DNA of 64,000 nucleotides from an uncultured virus (IMG/VR IMGVR_UViG_3300037508_001334) (IMGVR_UViG_3300037508_001334), one strand, 5' to 3'. Numbered from the stretch's first letter, positions 19,850-28,787 are shown. Numbers and translations are program-made. The notes: generated by a model not told the origin, from the sequence alone.

Positions 19850-22140
19850 GTAACGGTACAAAAGTAATCAAGAGAAATGGATTGATTGAATCTCTTGATC
19901 TAGACAAAATGCACATAATGGTTGAAGAGGCATGTAAAAACCTTGCTGGCGTCTCTGCAAGTCAGGTTGAAATGAAGTCTGGTATCCAATTTTATAGTGG
20001 AATTTCTACTGCAGAAATTCAAGAAATTTTGATTCGTTCTGCTTCTGATTTGATTGATTTAGATCATCCGAATTACCAATATGTTGCTGCTCGTCTTCTT
20101 TTGTTTTCGGTTCGTAAGCAACTTTATGGAAAGATGATGGAACTTCCTCATCTTGAAGAACACATTTATGCTTGTGTAAATGCTGAAGTATATGATTCTG
20201 ATATTTTTAATAAGTATTCTAAGGAAGAAATTGACTTTGCAAACTCTTTCATCCGTCATGATAGGGATTACTTGTTTACGTATGCTGGACTTAGGCAGGT
20301 AGTTGATAAGTATCTTGTGCAAGATAGAAGCACTGGTGGAGTATATGAAACTCCTCAATTCATGTATATGATGATTGCATTGACGGTATTTGCCGAGTAT
20401 CCAAAAGAAACTAGAATGTCATACGTTAAGAGGTATTATGACGCAATCTCAAGACACAAAATCAACATCCCGACACCAATCATGGCAGGAGTGCGAACTC
20501 CGCTTAGACAATTTGCTAGCTGTGTCCTTGTTGACGTTGATGACACCCTCGATAGTATCTTTAGCAGTGATATGGCTATTGGCAGATACGTGTCACAGAG
20601 GGCGGGCATCGGCATCAACGCTGGTCGAATCCGTGGCATCAACAGTAAAATCAGAGGGGGAGAAGTTTCGCATACGGGTGTTATACCATTTCTCAAAAAG
20701 TTTGAAGCAACTGTCAGATGTTGCACGCAAAATGGCATACGAGGTGGATCCGCGACAGTACACTTCCCAATCTGGCACCAAGAAATAGAAGATATCTTAG
20801 TTCTTAAAAACAATAAAGGTACGGAGGACAATCGTGTTCGCAAACTTGATTACAGCATCCAAATCAGTAAACTCTTCTATGAAAGGTTTATTCAAGATGG
20901 TGAGATCACGCTTTTCTCCCCGCATGATACACCTGGACTTTATGATTCTTTCGGGACAGACAAGTTTGACGATTTATACGTTCAATATGAAAACGATTCG
21001 TCCATTCCGTCGAAAACTGTTAAAGCACAAGAACTCATCCTTAGTCTTCTTAAAGAAAGGGCTGAGACGGGTCGTATCTATATCATGAACATTGATCATT
21101 GCAACTCTCACTCATCCTTTAAAGATAAAGTTGAGATGAGTAATCTTTGTCAAGAAATTACTTTGCCAACTTATCCGATTCAGCACATTGATGGTGAGGG
21201 TGAGATTGCACTTTGCATTCTTTCTGCGATTAATGTAGGTAAAGTAAAATCCGATGAAGAACTTGAGGAACTTTGTGATCTTTCTGTTCGTGGACTAGAT
21301 GAATTGATTGACTATCAAAAGTATCCTGTAATAGCAGCAGAACGTGCTACAAAGGCACGAAGATCGCTTGGTGTAGGATTTATTGGTTTAGCACATTATT
21401 TGGCAAAACTTGGATTTAATTATGATTCTCAAGAATCTTGGGATGCAGTTCATGGTCTGTCCGAATCATTTCAATATTATCTTCTAAAGGCATCAAATCA
21501 ACTTGCAAAAGAAAAGGGACATTGTGAATATTTTGGACGAACCAAATATGCTGATGGCATTCTTCCGATTGATACATACAAAAGAGATGTAGACGAAATC
21601 TCTTCTATCCCCTACCAGCATGATTGGGAAACACTTAGAACATCAATCTTGGAATATGGCCTTAGGCACTCAACATTGTCCGCACAGATGCCATCGGAGA
21701 GCAGTTCCGTTGTGTCAAATGCAACCAATGGAATCGAGCCACCTAGAGACTACTTGTCCGTTAAAAAGTCAAAGAAAGGACCTCTCAAGCAAATTGTTCC
21801 TCAATATCAAACTCTTAAGAACAACTATACGCTTTTGTGGGATATGCCTAGTAATCGTGGGTACATTCATATTGTTGCTGTTATGCAAAAATTCTTCGAT
21901 CAAGCGATTAGTGGAAACTGGTCCTATAACCCAGAAAATTATTCGGATAATGAAGTCCCAACTTCAGTAATGGCAAATGACTTTTTGACTACATACAAGT
22001 ATGGGTGGAAAACTTCCTATTATCAAAATACCTACGATATTAAAACCGATGAGGTGGTGGAAGAGAAACCCAAACTTCAAGATTTGCTAAGTGAGTTAAG
22101 TTCAGTAGAGGAGGGAGAGTGTGAATCCTGTGCAGTTTAA
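19846..22140 (+). CDS. nrdA: Ribonucleotide reductase class Ia alpha subunit
   Basis: ATP cone, SNLCQE active site, C-terminal CESCAV. Confidence 0.97.
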   Translation: MSNGTKVIKRNGLIESLDLDKMHIMVEEACKNLAGVSASQVEMKSGIQFYSGISTAEIQEILIRSASDLIDLDHPNYQYVAARLLLFSVRKQLYGKMMELPHLEEHIYACVNAEVYDSDIFNKYSKEEIDFANSFIRHDRDYLFTYAGLRQVVDKYLVQDRSTGGVYETPQFMYMMIALTVFAEYPKETRMSYVKRYYDAISRHKINIPTPIMAGVRTPLRQFASCVLVDVDDTLDSIFSSDMAIGRYVSQRAGIGINAGRIRGINSKIRGGEVSHTGVIPFLKKFEATVRCCTQNGIRGGSATVHFPIWHQEIEDILVLKNNKGTEDNRVRKLDYSIQISKLFYERFIQDGEITLFSPHDTPGLYDSFGTDKFDDLYVQYENDSSIPSKTVKAQELILSLLKERAETGRIYIMNIDHCNSHSSFKDKVEMSNLCQEITLPTYPIQHIDGEGEIALCILSAINVGKVKSDEELEELCDLSVRGLDELIDYQKYPVIAAERATKARRSLGVGFIGLAHYLAKLGFNYDSQESWDAVHGLSESFQYYLLKASNQLAKEKGHCEYFGRTKYADGILPIDTYKRDVDEISSIPYQHDWETLRTSILEYGLRHSTLSAQMPSESSSVVSNATNGIEPPRDYLSVKKSKKGPLKQIVPQYQTLKNNYTLLWDMPSNRGYIHIVAVMQKFFDQAISGNWSYNPENYSDNEVPTSVMANDFLTTYKYGWKTSYYQNTYDIKTDEVVEEKPKLQDLLSELSSVEEGECESCAV

Positions 22141-23308
22141 AATTTCTTTAACAGAAGAACAAACACAAGTCAAGGGGATGACGGTTTTTAACACTGAACA
22201 AGTGAATGTAAAAAAACAACCGATGTTTTTTGGAAAACCTCTTGGGATACAACGATATGATTCATACAAATATCCAGTCTTCGATAAACTGACTACACAG
22301 CAATTAGGATACTTCTGGAGACCCGAAGAGGTGTCTCTTCAGAAGGATCGTGGTGACTATCAAACTTTACGTCCTGAACAGAAACACATTTATACATCAA
22401 ATTTGAAATATCAAATTATGCTTGATTCTGTTCAGGGTCGTGGACCTGGAATGGCTTTCATTCCATATTGCTCATTACCTGAGTTGGAAGCATGTATGGA
22501 AGTGTGGGGGTTTATGGAGATGATCCATAGTCGTTCATACACGTATATTATCAAAAATATCTATTCTGATCCAAGTGAAGTGTTTGATATGATCATCAAT
22601 GATGAACGTATCTTGGAACGTGCTAAAAGCGTTACAGAATCATATGATGACTTTATTCAAACCGCACAAGATTATGGTTCATCCAATACTTGGATGCACA
22701 ATCTTGAAAAAGTTTCATATGCACAACAGAGTCTCAATGATGTTAAACGAAAATTATACAGAGCAATCGCAAACGTTAACATTCTTGAAGGTATTCGCTT
22801 CTACGTTAGTTTTGCTTGTAGTTTCGCCTTTGGTGAACTTAAGCTTATGGAAGGATCCGCTAAGATCATCTCTCTTATCGCAAGAGACGAAAATCAACAC
22901 CTAGCTATTACTCAGAATATTCTGAATAAGTGGAGGGATGGTGATGATCCTGAAATGAAGCAAATTATGAAAGAGGAGGAAGAGTGGACATATAAGATGT
23001 TTAATCGTGCTGTAAATGAAGAAAAACGATGGGCAGATTATCTGTTCAAAGATGGTAGCATGATTGGACTTAACGATAAACTTCTTCAACAATACGTTGA
23101 GTGGATTGCTAATAGAAGGTTAAAAGCGATTGGATTAAAACCTCAATACGATATTTCAGCAAACAATAATCCACTTCCTTGGACTCAGCACTGGATTTCT
23201 TCTAAAGGACTCCAGGTGGCTCCCCAGGAAACCGAAGTAGAAAGTTATGTAGTCGGTGGAATTAAACAAGATGTGAAAAAGGACACATTTAGTGGTTTTA
23301 AATTGTAA
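22121..23308 (+). CDS. nrdB: Ribonucleotide reductase class Ia beta subunit
   Basis: FWRPEEV, EMIHSRSY, EGIRFY, RDENQH diiron motifs. Confidence 0.97.
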   Translation: MNPVQFKISLTEEQTQVKGMTVFNTEQVNVKKQPMFFGKPLGIQRYDSYKYPVFDKLTTQQLGYFWRPEEVSLQKDRGDYQTLRPEQKHIYTSNLKYQIMLDSVQGRGPGMAFIPYCSLPELEACMEVWGFMEMIHSRSYTYIIKNIYSDPSEVFDMIINDERILERAKSVTESYDDFIQTAQDYGSSNTWMHNLEKVSYAQQSLNDVKRKLYRAIANVNILEGIRFYVSFACSFAFGELKLMEGSAKIISLIARDENQHLAITQNILNKWRDGDDPEMKQIMKEEEEWTYKMFNRAVNEEKRWADYLFKDGSMIGLNDKLLQQYVEWIANRRLKAIGLKPQYDISANNNPLPWTQHWISSKGLQVAPQETEVESYVVGGIKQDVKKDTFSGFKL

Positions 23309-23331
23309 TAATCGAATTAAAACTTATAGAT

Positions 23332-23357
23332 AGAGGAGGTAACCCCTCCTCTTTTTT
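23332..23357 (+). terminator. Rho-independent terminator after nrdB
   Basis: AGAGGAGG/CCTCCTCT stem plus T tract. Confidence 0.75.
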
Positions 23358-23513
23358 ATGATACACGTTACAGACATTTACGCTCTTAAAGCAAAATTAT
23401 TTAAACTTAAACATCAAGTAGATCGAGATCAGATGTATCCTGGAGAGAAAGAACTCGTTCATAAATATCTTAATAAAGTTCTTGATTATGTAGATGAGTT
23501 GCAGTTATACTAA
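23358..23513 (+). CDS. 51-aa hypothetical protein
   Basis: Hand-translated MIHVTDIYALKAKLFKLKHQ...HKYLNKVLDYVDELQLY. Confidence 0.55.
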   Translation: MIHVTDIYALKAKLFKLKHQVDRDQMYPGEKELVHKYLNKVLDYVDELQLY

Positions 23514-23931
23514 TCCATGGTATTATAATGAAGAACCTTTTGAGTCTAAAGATATCAAAGACTATTTTGGATTTGTTTATTTAATAGAGAATAAACTAAA
23601 TGATCGAAAATACATAGGTAGAAAATATTTTTGGCAATTTAGAACCCCAAAAGGTAAGAGTCGTAAAGTTAAATCAGAATCAGATTGGAAAAAATACTAT
23701 GGGTCTTGTCCGGAACTTAAAGAAGACATTATCAAATTTGGTAGAGAGAATTTTAGTAGAATTATCTTATCATTACATAAAACAAAGGGCAAAACAAACT
23801 ACGAAGAGACAAGACAACTCTTCACGAATAATGTACTCACAGAGTCCCTTGACAACGGAGAACCTGCATTCTACAATAGCAACATCCTCTCAAGGTATTA
23901 CCGAAAAGATTATTATGAACGCAACGACTGA
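23494..23931 (+). CDS. GIY-YIG nuclease-domain protein
   Basis: FGFVYLIEN...KYIGRK, SDWKKYYGS, FYNSNI. Confidence 0.8.
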   Translation: MSCSYTNPWYYNEEPFESKDIKDYFGFVYLIENKLNDRKYIGRKYFWQFRTPKGKSRKVKSESDWKKYYGSCPELKEDIIKFGRENFSRIILSLHKTKGKTNYEETRQLFTNNVLTESLDNGEPAFYNSNILSRYYRKDYYERND

Positions 23932-24088
23932 AGATATTGTTGCTCACGTAAGGGAATGGTCTCTTGATCGTGCCGCAGATAAAAACATTTCAAAAGCAGA
24001 TTCTCGTGCTATCCTTGCAGAGTTTTATGAATGGATTGATCCAGAAGATGATGAACTTGAGATTGTCTCCTTAGAACCTGAAACTTGA
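23915..24088 (+). CDS. Hypothetical protein
   Basis: MNATTEDIVAHVREWS...AILAEFYEWI; 3' part of track ORF 23699..24088. Confidence 0.65.
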   Translation: MNATTEDIVAHVREWSLDRAADKNISKADSRAILAEFYEWIDPEDDELEIVSLEPET

Positions 24089-24108
24089 TATAAATTGAAA
24101 AAATAAAA

Positions 24109-24759
24109 ATGTTAGAAATTTTAAAAAAATTCAATTATTCTCCACCAGATATTGTTGAATATAATGATGATAATCTTAAGATTGTAAGAAAAAATAATGG
24201 ATATTTTTTATTTTTAAAAGATATTGGGTGGATGGCATATGATTATAACACTCATGTGTCTGCTTATGAATTATATTCTCACTATTCTCTTGCTAAAGGT
24301 CATTGTATTTGCACTGGACTTGGATTTGGAGTTAGAGAAAATTGGATTTTGACTAAACCGGAGGTTTCTAAAATTACTATTATTGAAAATGATAGTAATT
24401 TAATTGATTATCATAAGCATATTAAATCTCCATTTCTAGACCATGTAGAAATAATAAATTGTGATGCTTCCGAGTATGTGGGTAAGTGTGACACTTTATT
24501 GTTGGATCATTATGAAAATGAAACTGAAGAAGAAATTGTGAACAATGTGTGTCACATTCAAAATAATATTGAGTGTGATACTTTATGGTTCTGGCCTTTA
24601 GAAAAGTTTATCTTAAAACATGATATTTATGATAAAAAGGTTGAATATGATTTTTTCAAACATAAAAATAAATTATGGAAATTACCAGAATTAGATACTG
24701 AAACCCTAAGATCTTTCTGTTTTATGTGGTTTTCTTCTTCTACCTACAAGGTATATTGA
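24109..24759 (+). CDS. SAM-binding Rossmann protein (methyltransferase or spermidine-synthase-like)
   Basis: CTGLGFG motif I, ITIIEND acidic beta2 end, NCDA. Confidence 0.55.
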   Translation: MLEILKKFNYSPPDIVEYNDDNLKIVRKNNGYFLFLKDIGWMAYDYNTHVSAYELYSHYSLAKGHCICTGLGFGVRENWILTKPEVSKITIIENDSNLIDYHKHIKSPFLDHVEIINCDASEYVGKCDTLLLDHYENETEEEIVNNVCHIQNNIECDTLWFWPLEKFILKHDIYDKKVEYDFFKHKNKLWKLPELDTETLRSFCFMWFSSSTYKVY

Positions 24760-24784
24760 CAATTCCTAAATAATCACTTATAAT
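24756..24784 (+). promoter_or_regulatory. Sigma70-type promoter upstream of the rlpA-like gene
   Basis: TTGACA, 17 nt spacer, TATAAT (perfect consensus). Confidence 0.8.
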
Positions 24785-24840
24785 GTTTAAGCAATTCTTA
24801 AAAAAGATTGCTTTTTTATTATGAGACTTTGAGTGCGATT

Positions 24841-24907
24841 TAGAGCCCAGGAGATTGCCCCTTGAGAAAGGGGAAGTGCGTTTTCTCTATTGGGATGTAG
24901 AGTTCTA
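24841..24907 (+). ncRNA. Unnamed structured 5'-leader RNA
   Basis: Nested stems TAGAGC/GTTCTA, CCAGGAGA/TCTC-TA-TTGG, and CCCCTT-GAGA-AAGGGG. Confidence 0.5.
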
Positions 24908-24916
24908 TGCAAATTA

Positions 24917-25279
24917 ATGCTTTTAAAAACACTTTCAATTCTTGCTTTTGGTCTAGTCGGATTGGCACCCGTAACAGCAAAGGCAGCGAGCGGATGTTCC
25001 CTCGCATCACATTATGGAATCGGTGATGGATATCATGGGCAGACAACTGCTAACGGTGAAAGATATAATGCTTACGGAAAATCAGTAGCACATCGGTGGT
25101 TACCATTTGGTACTAAATTAAGAGTGACAAATCAATCAAATGGTAAATCAGTAATTGTGCGTGTAAATGATCGAGGACCTTATGTAGGTGGTAGAGACCT
25201 TGACCTGTCTTACGGTGCGTTCTCTTCTATTGCTCACCCAGGGCAAGGAGTCGCTAACATCTGCTATGCAACTTTATAG
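24917..25279 (+). CDS. rlpA: RlpA-like (DPBB) lytic transglycosylase with signal peptide
   Basis: ASHYG...HGQTTANGERYN...AHRWLPFGT...VRVNDRGP...DLS. Confidence 0.88.
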   Translation: MLLKTLSILAFGLVGLAPVTAKAASGCSLASHYGIGDGYHGQTTANGERYNAYGKSVAHRWLPFGTKLRVTNQSNGKSVIVRVNDRGPYVGGRDLDLSYGAFSSIAHPGQGVANICYATL

Positions 25280-25294
25280 TATTTGATAAATATT

Positions 25295-25323
25295 GGGGAG
25301 TGCTGCAGAACTCCCCCTTTTTT
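25295..25323 (+). terminator. Rho-independent terminator
   Basis: GGGGAGT/ACTCCCC stem plus T tract. Confidence 0.65.
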
Positions 25324-25740
25324 ATGTTTAATTTTAACTTTGGAAATAAAAAATCAAATATAAAACAATATGCAATTATAGGAATTGTATTATCTTCTAT
25401 CATTGCAACACTCTCACAATGCACGGGAATTCATGAAAACAATCTTTGGGACATACTTGACGAAGTTCAAAGAAAGTATTTCCCACAAACTACTATTAAC
25501 CAGATTATTATTCAAGACCCTGACAAAGTAAAACGTAGAGTGGAAAGGGATGTTAATAAAGCAATTGATAATGTAATACCAGAGTATGATCGGATTATTT
25601 CCGATTATAGTCGAAAATATAAACCAAGATATGTGGAAGAACAAAATAATGAGACTGTGTGCTATACTGATGAATGTAAAAAGTTGGCACCTCCTATGAG
25701 AATCTGTGCTCCTTGGGTTGACACCTGCCCTAAGGACTGA
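25324..25740 (+). CDS. Hypothetical membrane-anchored protein
   Basis: N-terminal hydrophobic helix, C-terminal CYTDEC..APPMRIC..W..C. Confidence 0.65.
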   Translation: MFNFNFGNKKSNIKQYAIIGIVLSSIIATLSQCTGIHENNLWDILDEVQRKYFPQTTINQIIIQDPDKVKRRVERDVNKAIDNVIPEYDRIISDYSRKYKPRYVEEQNNETVCYTDECKKLAPPMRICAPWVDTCPKD

Positions 25741-25757
25741 TATGATAAATGAGTAAT

Positions 25758-25831
25758 GACTCAGTAGCTCAGTTGGATAGAGCATCTGCCTTCTAAGCAG
25801 TTGGTCGGGGGTTCAAGTCCCTCCTGAGTCG
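25758..25831 (+). tRNA. tRNA-Arg(UCU)
   Basis: Cloverleaf, GACTCAG/CTGAGTC acceptor stem, anticodon TCT. Confidence 0.93.
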
Positions 25832-25835
25832 CCTT

Positions 25836-25917
25836 GTCGTTGTGGCGGAATTGGTAGACGCGCTGGGTTTAGGTTCCAGTAGATTAATCTGTGAAGGTTC
25901 AAGTCCTTTCAACGACA
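25836..25917 (+). tRNA. tRNA-Leu(UAG)
   Basis: GTCGTTG/CAACGAC acceptor stem, long variable arm, anticodon TAG. Confidence 0.93.
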
Positions 25918-25957
25918 CTTGACAATCAAATCTAAATGGTTTATGATTGTCTTATAT

Positions 25958-26029
25958 GCGGAGTTAGTTCAGTGGTAGAACGCTATCCTTCCAAGTTAGA
26001 TGTCGTCGGTTCGAATCCGATACTCCGCT
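25958..26029 (+). tRNA. tRNA-Gly(UCC)
   Basis: GCGGAGT/ACTCCGC acceptor stem, anticodon TCC, U discriminator. Confidence 0.92.
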
Positions 26030-26080
26030 CTGAACCTTCGGGTTCTATAAATAATGGTAGAACAATAAAACTTCTACCAA

Positions 26081-26383
26081 ATGACAAAAGAAACTAGAAC
26101 GTATGCTGATCGTAGAGAAGCAAATAAAGCAAGCGTCATCAAAAGACGTAAGCAAAACAAACTTCTTCTAGTAGAATATAAAGGTGGTAAGTGTGAACGA
26201 TGTGGATACGATAAATGCATTGCTGCTTTAGAGTTTCACCATCTTGATCCCACTACTAAGGAATCTAAAAACCTTGGAACCACTGCTGCCATAGAAAAAC
26301 AAAAGGCAGAAGCAGATAAATGTATTCTTGTATGTGCTAACTGTCATCGAGAAATACATGAAGAACAACGTAATGGGGTGTAG
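26081..26383 (+). CDS. HNH endonuclease (free-standing, within the tRNA cluster)
   Basis: KGGKCERCGY...LEFHHLDP...CILVCANCHREIH; late promoter at 26046-53. Confidence 0.9.
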   Translation: MTKETRTYADRREANKASVIKRRKQNKLLLVEYKGGKCERCGYDKCIAALEFHHLDPTTKESKNLGTTAAIEKQKAEADKCILVCANCHREIHEEQRNGV

Positions 26384-26446
26384 CTCAGCGGTAGTAGCGG
26401 GATGCTGTTAACATCTAGGTCGCAGGTTCGATCCCTGCCGCCCCAG
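26374..26446 (+). tRNA. tRNA-Asn(GUU)
   Basis: TGGGGTG/CGCCCCA acceptor stem, anticodon GTT, G discriminator; overlaps the HNH stop codon. Confidence 0.9.
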
Positions 26447-26447
26447 T

Positions 26448-26595
26448 TGATAGGGTTGGAAATGTCCGATTCTATCATAAGAGTCGGGATCATCATATCC
26501 GACTCACTAAATCCTAAGTTTACTTAGGTCGGGGACTTGATCACCCCCGTTCGTTGCGGAGAGTGTCTTCCGCGAGTGGTGGGCACTCACTACTC
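26448..26595 (+). ncRNA. Six-hairpin RNA with two loop-loop pseudoknots, manA RNA motif-like
   Basis: Six consecutive stems; loop GATCA (26488-92) complementary to TGATC (26538-42); loop GAGTGTC (26561-67) complementary to GGCACTC (26582-88); flanked by tRNAs. Confidence 0.7.
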
Positions 26596-26599
26596 ATTT

Positions 26600-26671
26600 G
26601 GGCGATTGGCGCAGCGGTAGCGCAGCTGCTTTACACGCAGACGGTCATTGGTTCGAATCCGATATTGCCCA
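26600..26671 (+). tRNA. tRNA-Val(UAC)
   Basis: GGGCGAT/ATTGCCC acceptor stem, anticodon TAC. Confidence 0.93.
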
Positions 26672-26699
26672 CTTGCATAAATATTCTAAAAAGAGTAGA

Positions 26700-27134
26700 A
26701 TGGAAAAACTTTATAAGTTAATTTCTGATGCTCAGGCAACACTTTTTATGCTATTCCAAAAAACTTGGGTATATCATTGGAATGTAGTTGGATCGGAGTT
26801 TTATCAGTTTCATAAAGTATTTGGAAAACAATACGAAGAAATGTTTGAGGAGATTGATCGTCTCACCGAACATATGAGATATTTAAATATCAAACCAGTA
26901 AGTACTCTCACAAGAATTACCGAAGTATCTCACATCTTAGAGGCAAATAATTCTCTTGATGATATGGGAATGGTTAGAGATCTTCTTGCCGATAATGAAA
27001 CTCTAGTTAGTTTACTTTCAAAAGTTGCTGAAGAGGCAGACGAGCAAGGATCAAGAGGAACAACAAATCTTGTAGAAGATTTGATTGAATCTCACGGAAA
27101 AAATGTATGGATGTTAAGATCATTTTTACAATGA
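26700..27134 (+). CDS. dps: Dps / ferritin-like DNA-protecting protein
   Basis: YHWNVVGSEFYQFHKVF..QYEE...IDRLTE and HGKNVWML ferroxidase motifs. Confidence 0.9.
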   Translation: MEKLYKLISDAQATLFMLFQKTWVYHWNVVGSEFYQFHKVFGKQYEEMFEEIDRLTEHMRYLNIKPVSTLTRITEVSHILEANNSLDDMGMVRDLLADNETLVSLLSKVAEEADEQGSRGTTNLVEDLIESHGKNVWMLRSFLQ

Positions 27135-27149
27135 ACAGGACAAAGAACA

Positions 27150-27395
27150 ATGATTATCGTAAGATGTAGAGATTGCAATAAAGAAATTGCAAGCACAAAT
27201 AAAATTCAAGTCTGTGGTTGTCCAAATATGATGACTGTGAGAGGTGATAACGTGTCTGCAGTTGACTTAAGTAGAGTTATTATGGTAAACTCTACTCAGA
27301 AAGAACAAAAAAACTTTCTGACATCACAAGATATTGCTTGGCAAGAGGCAAGACGCCAACGCAAAGTAAAGCGTTTGGACTTTGAAATCCGTTGA
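27150..27395 (+). CDS. Cys-rich (Zn-binding) hypothetical protein
   Basis: CRDC...CGCPN. Confidence 0.7.
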   Translation: MIIVRCRDCNKEIASTNKIQVCGCPNMMTVRGDNVSAVDLSRVIMVNSTQKEQKNFLTSQDIAWQEARRQRKVKRLDFEIR

Positions 27396-27404
27396 GGACT
27401 TATT

Positions 27405-27489
27405 GGAAAGGTGGTCGAGTGGTTGAAGGCTCTAGTCTTGAAAACTAGCGATGTGAAAGCATCCGTGGGTTCGAATCCCACCCTTTCCG
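27405..27489 (+). tRNA. tRNA-Ser(UGA)
   Basis: GGAAAGG/CCTTTCC acceptor stem, long variable arm, anticodon TGA. Confidence 0.94.
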
Positions 27490-27599
27490 TTTAAATGGTT
27501 ACGAACTTAACAATTTCTTTAACAGTGTTACGAACTAAACACAATTATTGATGTTTGAAGTTGTGCAATTAGTATATAATAGTAATATGCGCAAAACCC

Positions 27600-27749
27600 A
27601 TGGATCAGCATACTTATGAGAACTGGGTGAAAATTAAAGCAACTTTTGAATCTTCTGGTAATACTGACAATATGTTCTATAAAAGAGCAGTTGAAATTGT
27701 TAAAACACGAAGAGATCCTCTTGCAAAATATCTTGGAGATGAGAAATGA
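27600..27749 (+). CDS. 49-aa hypothetical protein
   Basis: Hand-translated MDQHTYENWVKIKATFESSGNTDNMFYKRA...RDPL. Confidence 0.7.
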   Translation: MDQHTYENWVKIKATFESSGNTDNMFYKRAVEIVKTRRDPLAKYLGDEK

Positions 27750-27949
27750 TGCACGAACAAGATGAATTCATAAGCCGTTCTGAAGTTCAGGAGATGATCG
27801 ATGCTGCAATACGACGACACAACCGTAATGCTTCTATCATTAGTATGTGCGTCGGTTGGGTGGTTCTTTCTTTATTTGCTGAGGGACTTCTAAGACTCGT
27901 TGGGGTGATTCCACCCCTACTACCATGGATCAAAATTACTCTGAACTAA
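27749..27949 (+). CDS. Small membrane protein
   Basis: EVQEMIDAAIRRHNRNA followed by a hydrophobic helix. Confidence 0.7.
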   Translation: MHEQDEFISRSEVQEMIDAAIRRHNRNASIISMCVGWVVLSLFAEGLLRLVGVIPPLLPWIKITLN

Positions 27950-28227
27950 TTTTTTTAGTTCCCTGGTTTGTTTTATTAATTATTGCAATATCAATGTTTA
28001 TACAAGGTTGGATGGTTATACATGAATCTCATGGATATAGAGAAAATCCAAAGGTTAAGGGTCATCCAGAAATGAAAGGAGTTAAAAAAGGAGACGGATT
28101 AATGGTTGTGAATTTCAATCAAATGCCAGATGAAGATTACAACGAACTTTATGGTCGCATTCAAAGATTAAAAATGGAAGAATTATTTGAGGAACCTTCT
28201 AGTTATGAGGATGACGAAGATGACTAA
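27925..28227 (+). CDS. Membrane protein, DUF2973-like
   Basis: TM helix followed by HPEM....GD.LMVVNF. Confidence 0.6.
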   Translation: MDQNYSELIFLVPWFVLLIIAISMFIQGWMVIHESHGYRENPKVKGHPEMKGVKKGDGLMVVNFNQMPDEDYNELYGRIQRLKMEELFEEPSSYEDDEDD

Positions 28228-28309
28228 AACTTTTATATCTTCTATATTACTTTTAACATCCATTGGGTTGTTTATCCGATGGGGACTTACTCACGCATAT
28301 CCACAATGA
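28220..28309 (+). CDS. 29-aa hydrophobic peptide
   Basis: Hand-translated MTKTFISSILLLTSIGLFIRWGLTHAYPQ; coupled overlaps. Confidence 0.5.
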   Translation: MTKTFISSILLLTSIGLFIRWGLTHAYPQ

Positions 28310-28476
28310 ACTATTCACTAACTTTAAGAGAATGTCCACATTGTCACGGCAATTTGATTGATGATGAAATTAGTGATCCAATTAAAAAATTTTGTGAATC
28401 TGGGGCATTTCATTCTAATTTACTATTTTCTGATGAAGGGTGGGTTTGCCCTCACTGCAATGGAGTTATCAAATGA
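28306..28476 (+). CDS. Zn-ribbon hypothetical protein
   Basis: CPHC...CPHC. Confidence 0.6.
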   Translation: MNYSLTLRECPHCHGNLIDDEISDPIKKFCESGAFHSNLLFSDEGWVCPHCNGVIK

Positions 28477-28718
28477 GTTATTATAATTTTATAACATATG
28501 AAGTGTTATTGTTAATTATGGCACTTTCAGTTATTAATCATTTCAAAGCAAAGAAGTTTAATTTGGTTTTAAGTATTGCCTCAACTGTACTCACTATTTT
28601 TTTATGTACTATTGCATTTTGGTGGATGGTGGATACTGTAGTATATCTAAAATGGGAAGTCCTAAAGTCTCCACTACTTAATAATGGAGTAAAAGAACAG
28701 GTTGTTTTACCTATCTAA
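28473..28718 (+). CDS. Small two-TM membrane protein
   Basis: Two hydrophobic segments. Confidence 0.55.
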   Translation: MSYYNFITYEVLLLIMALSVINHFKAKKFNLVLSIASTVLTIFLCTIAFWWMVDTVVYLKWEVLKSPLLNNGVKEQVVLPI

Positions 28719-28787
28719 TAAAAGTATTATTCATTTCTATACCTTTTGTTTTAGTAAAGTTTTATTTCGGAACACTAGAAGGATACT

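Noticed and set aside
5687..23308. Introns or inteins in gp43, gp41, nrdA and nrdB
   Set aside because: All are continuous ORFs of normal length with no visible intein or insertion blocks.
26598..26699. N-terminal extension of Dps in the ORF track
   Set aside because: It reads through tRNA-Val; the real start is ATG 26700.
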